From Catajapyx aquilonaris (lineage: Eukaryota): 20,000 nucleotides of DNA. The notes beneath the pieces are model-generated. The model worked only from the letters and a program-made list of their open reading frames with translations, made no database searches and was not told the DNA's origin. The first letter of the stretch is position 1; each line of letters opens with the position of its first letter. Below, piece after piece: positions 11,654 to 20,000 of this stretch. Location of the stretch: NCBI GenBank assembly GCA_000934665.2, contig KZ538458.1, positions 48,900 to 68,899 on the forward strand. Reading direction: 5' to 3'. Made by a program: the position numbers and the translations under genes.

Positions 11654-12284
11654 ATGAATAAATGCATAATTAACAACTTTGAACAATTAGTACGTATGAG
11701 GTATGACACAAACTGATCTGAATTTCATCCCAGCAATTCTCACTAATCTATGTTTTAACTGTCTCCAGTAATAAACATGCCTCTCATTTTCCACAATATA
11801 ATGGCTTTTAAAATGTGGCGCCAAATGTGAGTCTGGGACCATATAAACAGGGCACATTTCGGTCACGGGCGTCCAACGCCTGTCCATACCAGATAAGATT
11901 GCTTCCTTATGCATGTTTGTCCTACCAAAACAAAACCGAACTGTTGACTAGATGGTGTTCCTCTCAGCATCCTGTTGGTGCCTAGCCCATTCTGGACAAG
12001 AGTTTGCTTACCACTGTGATTGCCCTCCGGGTCATTTACTCCCTCGCCCCCACTCCCGCCTCAATTATTCCCATGGATCCCTCTTTACGCATGCCCGGCC
12101 CCGAGGCTGGTTGGCCATCCAGGTCCCCAGGCTACCTAAAAAGCTGGCTATCACAATATCGGATCATTTGCTGGCCGACCAAGAAGAGAAAGGGTGATGA
12201 GAAAAGGCCCCATGCACGGTGCCCGGAATGTCAACTTCATTTTATTTATATTAACCTAACATACTCTACCCTAATCTATGTATA

Positions 12285-12537
12285 CAGGGTGTTAATCCTA
12301 AGCGTGTCACCAGAAAAGGTGGTGGTAGAGGCCGCAGGTGTGAGCATTTTTGCATAAGGAACTAGGGGTAGGAAACGCACCCTCACCGAGTTACGCCCCT
12401 TTCAAGTTTTCGGCACGCGGCGGATGAGTGGGTCTTGGCAAGTGCGTTTCCGACCCCTAGTTCCTTATGCAAAAATGCTCACACCTGCGCCCTCTACCAC
12501 CACCTTTTCTGGTGACACGCTTAGGATTAATACCCTG
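12285..12537. mobile_element. Non-autonomous Tc1/mariner-superfamily MITE
   Basis: TA|CAGGGTG...TACCCTG|TA. TIRs 12285-12380 and 12442-12537 are 96 bp each with 3 mismatches by hand comparison, separated by a 61-bp spacer. TA duplication at 12283-12284 and 12538-12539. No transposase ORF. Confidence 0.9.
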
Positions 12538-14536
12538 TATAAAAGGCAAAGTTGGTTTGGTTACAACAAAGTGTGGGCAAAATCCTCTCGAATTCACCTG
12601 CTATGTAATAACAAGTATAGTTGTACACCAGTGGCATCACAAAATGATGCCATGCTCCACCTGAACCATGAATTAATATCTGCACCAAGTGACGCTAATA
12701 GTGTGTAATTACATAAACCTGGACGTGCATTAAACAATCATGCTATTACGATGGTGCGGAAGTGAAGTCATACTTAAGTCAGAATGACGTGGTTCATATC
12801 CTCCGTTATGTTAGGAGGTCTAACAAGATAATGTTAGTGTCCGCCAGCGAAGGTGAGTTCCTCCAACTAGCCAGTTTGTACTGGATTTAATATGATCATA
12901 GTATGTCTCATGTATTCGTCCCGTATGTGCATGGTAAATCGGCTTTAACTACAATATGCACGTGTAATACTTCCGTTGTTTTGTAATCCCTAGCGCATAC
13001 TGAGGATTAATTATGTGACTCTGCAAATTTGGTAACCCCTGCTACGACTTGACGGGGAGAACTCCGCGAATAAGGTGAAAGGATTGCTCTTGTGACTCGG
13101 AGCATGCTCAAGGTTTAATGAAATTCAGTCAATATGTCCCTGAATTGCAAATGGAGGAAGAGGGAGAGTTTGTGGAATACGGACAGATGATCAAATAACG
13201 CATAAGTCGCCACCAAAGTGGACCTTCGAATCTATGTCGTCCGTGACTTGCGACAATCTCGGCCTTCAGCTTCCGGTTGGGTTGATTGCACTTGGTGGCT
13301 AAGAACTCCATTCCTTTTGATTGCATAACCCAAATCAGCCATTCTGATTGGCTGCAGTCACGAATTCTTCCTCGATATGATGATTTTAGATGCGGCAAGG
13401 AAATATTACATACATTGAAGACCGATACATATGAAACATACGATATCACATCACATGCTGCTGGTACACCATCATGATGAAATTGTCCATCAGATAGACA
13501 AGGTGAGTCATGGCAGCAAATTATCCACCAACCAATGGCTAGATTGAGCCAAAACAAATAGTACGTAGAGAAATGTCCATAAACCAACAGTTAACGACGT
13601 ACACGACGATGTTTGTAACTCATGACTGGGATAAATCATATTGCAAAGCGAGTGACCTCATTCTTTTAAGGATCGACCAAAGCGTTCATTGTTGTTCCCG
13701 ACTCTTTAAGTTACATGTTCGGATCTCTACATTTTTCACCCCTACATTACACACTTGTTTTGTGCCAATCTGGGCCACTGGCCACTGGATGACCTGCCGG
13801 TAGGTCTCATCCATTTTTAATTTTAAAATTATGATTTTGAACATGCTGGCTTATAACCAAAAGTCAGTATTTCAGTCATTCTCACCACTTCCATGCATAA
13901 GCCATAACCTACAATTTCATCAGTAAGGTTTTCATCTCGGGTTGACAGCTTCTACGACACTCTCGGGGAAAAAAACCCCACTGACGCTGACGCCCCTTTT
14001 CCAGCAGGACGTCGGTGAATGCACAGTGGGAGATTGTGGGACTTTTATACATCCCCGTGACATGTGTTTCCTGTCTATGGTCCAATTTTCTGGCAACATC
14101 TGATAATTCCGACAGGACTGACCTAATATTTGCTCTTTTGGTTGGAAAATACACAATGACTTTTTCTGCTGCTTTTAGCAGGTACACTGTACCAATACGA
14201 ATATAAAAGATGATTCCGCCCTTGCTATTTTCTAAGTGACCCTATACTGTTGATATTGACAATTTCGGCTCCATCTCGTTTACCCATCAGTACACTACAT
14301 GGAATTTTGCCATTGACAAACACGTTTAACCACCATTTTTCTCCAATGGAAATCGGGCCACGAGGGTAATATAAATTCTAGCAAACTTCACACTAATCCC
14401 AGTCCAATCTGATGACTGACAAGCACCTTTACCAGACGGCCATCAGGGGTCGCTCTGTAAGTGGGCAAAAACAGCTGGATACCATCGGGGCGAGCCAATC
14501 TCCGCCGATCACGTCTATATCGCCCCATACTTTATA

Positions 14537-15544
14537 ATGGTGCAGGTCTCCTCTTGGCAGCGCAATTACCTGGACGAGATGAAGTGTGGCATGTCATGCA
14601 ACGGATGGTGTGGGAGAGAACAAGCAACAGTTGACGTTCCCTGGGGTACCCTCAACATGTCGTGGGCACATAACCTGAATCATAGCTCAGATAGAAGGTC
14701 GTGTGTGGACCCTGATCACACCCTGACTACAAACGTGACAAGTGTGTACGAACAGCCATCTCTTGGCCACCAGGTTCAGACCACTCTCTCTGTCTCTCTG
14801 TACCTGCATTGTATACCTGTACTGGACTGCTTGCAAGGTTGGACTCCATATTTAGATGGATTGATGGATGCAAGGAGGGAGGCCGATTTCTGTTCTTCCA
14901 GGACAAAAGAAATCCTTGGCCCCATTCCAATATTGCGACTCTTTAAACACCCTCCCGATTCGCAGAGAACTGGCCTCAAGGAGCGGGGCACCGCACCCAT
15001 AACTCACCCATCGCCGTTCAAGCCTAAAACCGTCCACAGGCACGTGCACCACCTAACACCATCTAATTCGGGTATCTTCGCCCATTTCCGTGCCGTTTTT
15101 TGTTTTTTGTTTTTTGAAAGAGAGAGAGAGGGGGAGGGGGGCTCCCCATCAAAAAAATCTGTATCAATCTTTTCCATCGGACTTAATCCCAGGGATGAAG
15201 CTAGAATGAGACACTTCCTTACTCATCCCCCCCTACACACCCTCGTGTTGGTGAATCAATCGATTTATGGCAGGCAGGGATTGGGGGAAGGAAAGGAGGG
15301 GAGAAAAAAAAAACTGGGATGGATGGATGGGTGGATAGCTAGATGGGCTCCCATTCATCTCCACAAGCCACCTACTAGATTACTCTTTCATTGCCCTTTG
15401 GCTTTCTACCCTTTTCCCCAGACTCCATTTCTCTCTTCCAAACAACACACACCCACACCCACACCCGACCCTGGGTTCTGTCTGGTTAGCCTGCTCATTA
15501 GGAATCCACTCGACTCTGGCCACGCGAACAATATCCAATTCTAA
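14537..15544 (+). CDS. Orphan 335-aa ORF; coding status doubtful
   Basis: Longest ORF in the window, with ATG in good Kozak context (ataATGG). No recognisable domain. The 3' half reads through T-runs, (AG)n, A-runs and (GGAT)n. Confidence 0.12.
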   Translation: MVQVSSWQRNYLDEMKCGMSCNGWCGREQATVDVPWGTLNMSWAHNLNHSSDRRSCVDPDHTLTTNVTSVYEQPSLGHQVQTTLSVSLYLHCIPVLDCLQGWTPYLDGLMDARREADFCSSRTKEILGPIPILRLFKHPPDSQRTGLKERGTAPITHPSPFKPKTVHRHVHHLTPSNSGIFAHFRAVFCFLFFEREREGEGGSPSKKSVSIFSIGLNPRDEARMRHFLTHPPLHTLVLVNQSIYGRQGLGEGKEGRKKKLGWMDGWIARWAPIHLHKPPTRLLFHCPLAFYPFPQTPFLSSKQHTPTPTPDPGFCLVSLLIRNPLDSGHANNIQF

Positions 15545-18176
15545 CCTCAATCACGGTGGCGAGGGAAATTTCGACACACTGCCTAACCTCCTGACCTTTT
15601 GATGCTTGTTTTAGCACTTGTATTAAAATATCTGCATTTTCCACTCTGATTGATGGAACGGTGTGAATTTGGTGCATTTTTTGCAATCAGGAAACAAGTC
15701 TTGGACCTGCACTTTTGGTAGTTTTCTAAGGGGGCGTCAGGGGAATGCATATACAGTGCCTACTTGTTGCTATTTCAGCATCCACTGCCAAATTTTGCAG
15801 CCGTTAGCCACAGGCAGCTGCATTCAATGCCAGCTCAAAGAATTAATGTTCAATTAACAGTTGCAAATATGATGGTTACATCAGCACCAACCGGACCATT
15901 ATTTGGGCATAACTTATACCAGGTGGTCATGGATCAACCAGGAATTCGAAAAAAAAAAATCAGGTTAATTAGGAATCTGGGCGTGCTATAATGTCACACT
16001 GAATTACATGTATTATGCATCTGTATAGATTCAGGTAGCACAGCTGCACTGGCTACCATATTAAAATTGTAAATTGTTACAAAATTTCCCATATTATGCA
16101 AGCAGGGGGTTGAGCATGGTCCAACAGGTATGTCTTACATTTGTGTACTATACGTAGAGTAAATAATAACTTGTGCAAGATCCTTCCCGCTTCATTAGAG
16201 ATTTTCCCAGTCACTGTAGCCCAAATTAGCATCATTCCAGACTTTTCCACAAGTCCTTTAATTACATTAAAAATGGATTAGCCTGCATGCTGCCTAAAAC
16301 TGAAGTAAGTTATAACATATTATTCAAATCCATCCCGTGACTGCAGAAAGGACCCTGATGGCTAATAAATCACTTGTGCAGAGCTCATTATGGCTGCTAA
16401 TTGAAGTGCTATACCTAATTATTGCTATTCTCAGGGTCGTGTTTCCATGCTCACAATCACATGCTGAGGGGGAGGATACATTTTCCTAGGCAGAACTGCT
16501 CGGCCTGGTTCTCAGCTGGAATTCAGACTACTTTCAGGACACTCTCAAAATCTCAAACAGAATAGTCAAGCAGATATGTGTGGCAGGGGGAAGGCAAAAA
16601 GGAAACCTGTGCCAAGAGAACCTTGCTCTCATTTCCAACTTTGCTATGCTAATTAATCATGAGAGTGCAAGAGACTGGGTTTGAGGAATCATGCAGAAAG
16701 GTCACCATCTCAATCTCAGCTTTGCCCTCTTGTTTCCCCTCAAGTTTCACTAAGACTACTTTAGAGGAAGCTTAAATGAGGATACTTGTTAATTGCAAGT
16801 CTTCAAAGTCATTCCTCCCACCCCCATCTCGCTCAAACTTCTCTCCACTCTGCCACTTCAGGAATTGGATATATGTAATTGCATTTCCAAGCCCATGCAC
16901 AAAGGAAAGGCATGAATGGGTTGTGAGAAGCAACCGTGCATAAGTGCGACAAGCATTGCTGCTTGGCTACAAACTTGCTTATTTGCCCAGCTGAGTTCAA
17001 CGCTCACTCACTGTTTTTAGCTTTGTGTCATATCCATCACGCAGCTAACAAACAGCGTGTAGCAGGTGTTCACCCGTTTAGCAAATTAATTCCAAAATAA
17101 CATCTTGGCATTACGTCGCCTACAAGTGTCAGGCATAACTATTCATAAGCATCCATGCTGGCGGTGTATTCTGTGAACTAACTTTAGTGCCAGCATGTTG
17201 GCCATGCTCTTGGCAAAAAGACTGTAGCTGAAGTGGGGGTAAGAGCAGCTGTGGTAATAGAAGGTAATGGTGAGAGGTCGGAATGTCGTTGGGAATGTGT
17301 GACATTCTAGTGCTGCAAACAGGGAGGGTCAAATAGCCAGAAGTGGGCCAAGGGTGAATCAACTGCCATGACAGAATTGAAGGGCCAGTAGAAAATAAAG
17401 TGAAAGATACTATTGGGCTCCTGAATTGTGTTACCCACACCTGTGTATGAGACAATGGGAAAACCCAATCGGTGTTCCAATAATCACGCACTACCAACCT
17501 CAATAGCCATAATGCTCTCTTATCTAAATGCACTGCAACAACATTGTTTGAGAACCACAATTATGACACGACACATTTATGCCAACTGGATCACAAAATT
17601 ACAATGCAAATAAGTCCTTACATGTTTATCCCTTATTTAGTGCCTGCCTGTTAATTTTCGGTAGCATATTTACTGCTTGACTGGCCAACAAAAATACTGA
17701 GTGCAGGATCTGCCTGACACATTGCATAGATCAAAATAATTCCATTACCACTATGTTGAGTAGGTCCAATCCTTTTTGTATGCTGCAACACTTTCAAACA
17801 AAATGTTTTGAGCAAATCCTATGCAAATCTGAAGCCCAAACAGTAATGTGAAGGTAATGAGTCGTGAAGTGCATTTAGCCTTTCTCTGTATGGGATAAGC
17901 AGCGAGGCGTGCTTCTAATTTGCCGCCCAGGCATGTGCCACACCTCTAGGCAAAAGCATAACATCACAACCACTATGCCACTGGTAACACCTCAGTTCAA
18001 AATGACTGCACCCTGTACAATTAACCCATTGCATCTCATAAAATTTCCAATCGTGTAAAATGTCACATCCTAGCAGCAACCAGTGTCCACAGCATACACC
18101 TGACAGTATCCTGTCATACACTGACCACTGTATAAGTACACACCATTGACACTGTAATACCTTGCCGATCACTCAC

Positions 18177-18390
18177 CTGGCCAAACAGTAGGTCCATATC
18201 ACAGTACGAGCACCGGCACATCCAGTGACACTCTTCCAGTGTCCGGTACGATCGGTACGAAGCCTGCACAGGATCCGACACTCACCACACGCCCGCACTG
18301 GTTAGCACTTGCCCGTGAATCTAGTCCCACCCCTGGTTGCTCTTCTCAGCGTGCGGAGTATGACCCGAGCGAATCGCGTCTGTGCACTGC
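18177..18390 (-). other. Candidate spliced exon of an unidentified gene (possibly 5'UTR plus start codon)
   Basis: Perfect donor CAG|GTGAGT (18176-18171) and a pyrimidine-rich acceptor ending GTCCAG (18391-18393). The segment is CpG-rich in CpG-poor surroundings. In-frame ATGs at 18221 and 18197 give MCRCSYCDMDLLFGQ, ending in phase 0. Confidence 0.4.
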
Positions 18391-18860
18391 CTGGACGAGC
18401 GCACACAGACAGACGCACAGCCACTCGGCCAGAGACACAAAAAAGGTGAGCCAAATAGACTGCTCTCCGAGTGTGCGACCTGCAGACTGCTTACTAGCCA
18501 CATTTAGCATAGCGGCTCACTGGGTAGCTACTCACTTCAGAGGCAGAAATAGCGAAAGTAGCTACAGGGTACAAAAATGCCCGCACTATGTGAATGCCTT
18601 CAAACCACTATTCCCTCATTGGCAATGGCAGCATGTACCGATGCTACATGCATGTTTCCTGGATATTACATCTTTCAATAACTTATTTCAGTTTGAAACA
18701 CTTGAGTAAGCACTCTGGGCAAATACGCCATCCTTGAGTAAAGCAACCTCATATCAATGAAGCTAATAATAAAAAGTAGCTAATTTTATCTCGCTCATGT
18801 AGCAAGTAAGCTGGTGCGTGGTCTAGTGTTGTGCTACGGAGCGACACCATCGGCGGAAAG

Positions 18861-18881
18861 GGGCGCGGGGTATGACGTCAT
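18861..18881. promoter_or_regulatory. CRE/ATF palindrome ATGACGTCAT next to a GC-box-like run
   Basis: ATGACGTCAT (18872-18881) is preceded by GGGCGCGGGG in a small CpG-rich patch about 500 bp upstream of the candidate - strand exon. Motif match only. Confidence 0.2.
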
Positions 18882-19902
18882 GTCTGCGTAATATTTATCT
18901 GAACAAATTACAGATGGTGCCACTGGCTGGGTGGAAATGGCCAAGGAGAGGTGATGCGGGCTTTCAATTTTAATTGTCGCTTATAACTTTTTTTCGTATT
19001 CAATAATCAATATGATATACATGACCTGAAAACTTCATCTTGAAGAATATCTGCTACTTTTCATGCAAGAAGCCATTTTATGATAATAAAAATTATACAG
19101 CTTGACATGGTGTTTATAACTAGGAGGTATTAACAGAGCAATGTGAAACAATGATAATAATCAATGCTCATTATCCATCTGGGGGAATAAGGTGTCTGAG
19201 TGTTCATTGCAGTAATATTGCCATACATTTCTAAGCTATCAAACCTTACAATATGCCCAAAAGAAAAGAAAAGAAAAGATAACTGCAGCATGGAGTGAGA
19301 AATTGCCCCTTGTTAAACTGATAAGACCCTATGCAAGCACAGTTACTTTAACACAATGCTCTCAGAACACTCCCACTATTCACCATACACTCTTGGTACA
19401 TGAACATATCTCTAATTGTATACCAAGATGTCTGAACAAGACTTTCTGCTCTGGCCGAGTGGAGTAGACATTTGGAAGTCTAGCACTAGTTTTTTAAGAA
19501 GAGAAGGGTCCTAATATAATGTTCTACAGCACAAATTGTAAACATTGGGGTAGAACATTTCCGCTGAGGGGAGCAAAGCATCTGAAACTGGACCTGGTGG
19601 AGGTGAGTGAGTAGTGATAGTTGACCCTCACAAGCCTGCTTCCAAGGCAGAAACGCAGAAATAAATAGTGAATAGTTTCAGACTCTTAAGTTACTCTTCA
19701 TTATTGCTTTTCTCTCTTTTGGGGATCAATAGTGCAGAAACCAAGAAAGATTCAATTAGAGCAGTGTTTCAAATATTCCTATAAACAGTAGACGAAAGTG
19801 CCCAAATTTCGACAGCCTTACATTTGGTTTCTCTTGTTAGGAAATGACTGAAAGCAGAAATGTAGGGAAATGGATTTTAATACCTTGAATATATTTACTT
19901 AA

Positions 19903-20000
19903 GGCCGGTATCCACGTACGAGAATCTCGCATACGAGGAGCCGCGAGGAGCCAACTGCGCATGCCCAGATACGAGGCAAGGGAGAAAAAGTAGAAAATTT
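19903..20000. mobile_element. Probable left end of a non-autonomous DNA transposon (PIF/Harbinger- or Kolobok-like), cut by the window edge
   Basis: Abrupt switch from AT-rich to GC/CpG-rich sequence at (T)TAA|GGCCGGTATCCAC. Subterminal repeats TACGAG x3 and CGAGGAGCC x2 (19934-19942, 19944-19952). The second end is not visible. Confidence 0.35.

Noticed and set aside
13129..13198. Acidic peptide QYVPELQMEEEGEFVEYGQMIK* resembling a tubulin C-terminal tail
   Set aside because: The acceptor is weak, no upstream tubulin exons are present, and the resemblance reflects purine-rich composition.
14409..14450. CTGATGA as a hammerhead ribozyme core
   Set aside because: No stem II followed by GAAA and no compatible stems I/III.
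18177..18197. MDLLFG matches the N-terminus of human CHMP2A
   Set aside because: Only six residues match, and I found no downstream CHMP2/Snf7-like exon in the window. No gene symbol assigned.
135..18709. Remaining short ORFs (60-170 aa) in the ORF track
   Set aside because: They overlap in many frames, often start at non-ATG codons, cross homopolymers or repeats, and show no recognisable domains (no RT, integrase, transposase, Rep/Hel or Cas motifs).
18421..19462. 14-bp inverted repeat CTCTGGCCGAGTGG (18421-18434 / 19449-19462), also A-box-like
   Set aside because: About one 14-mer match is expected by chance in 20 kb. There is no TSD and no B box.
1..20000. CRISPR array, rRNA, telomeric array or prokaryotic operon
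   Set aside because: I saw no regularly spaced repeat-spacer pattern, no conserved rRNA motifs, no tandem telomeric repeats and no gene-dense organisation.

Overview
This looks like non-coding (intronic or intergenic) DNA from a metazoan, probably an invertebrate. It has homopolymer runs, microsatellites and spliceosomal-type splice signals. I found no prokaryotic operon, CRISPR array, rRNA or recognisable protein family. The best-supported features are mobile elements and repeats: (1) a complete 293-bp tRNA-derived SINE on the - strand (3041-3333) with a 7-bp target-site duplication (TSD); (2) a 253-bp Tc1/mariner-type MITE (12285-12537) with 96-bp TIRs and a TA TSD; (3) a 351-bp near-perfect foldback (11015-11365); (4) a cluster of three GC-rich mini-hairpins (10480-10571). 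A shared 12-mer links (3) and (4), suggesting one composite Helentron/HINE-like element with an inverted duplication of one end. Weaker signals are a CpG-rich candidate exon on the - strand (18177-18390) inside a CpG-depleted domain, a possible micro-intron gene fragment at the window start, an orphan 335-codon ORF, an LTR-like hairpin-rich segment and a DNA-transposon terminus at the right edge. All family assignments come from pattern recognition, not database searches.
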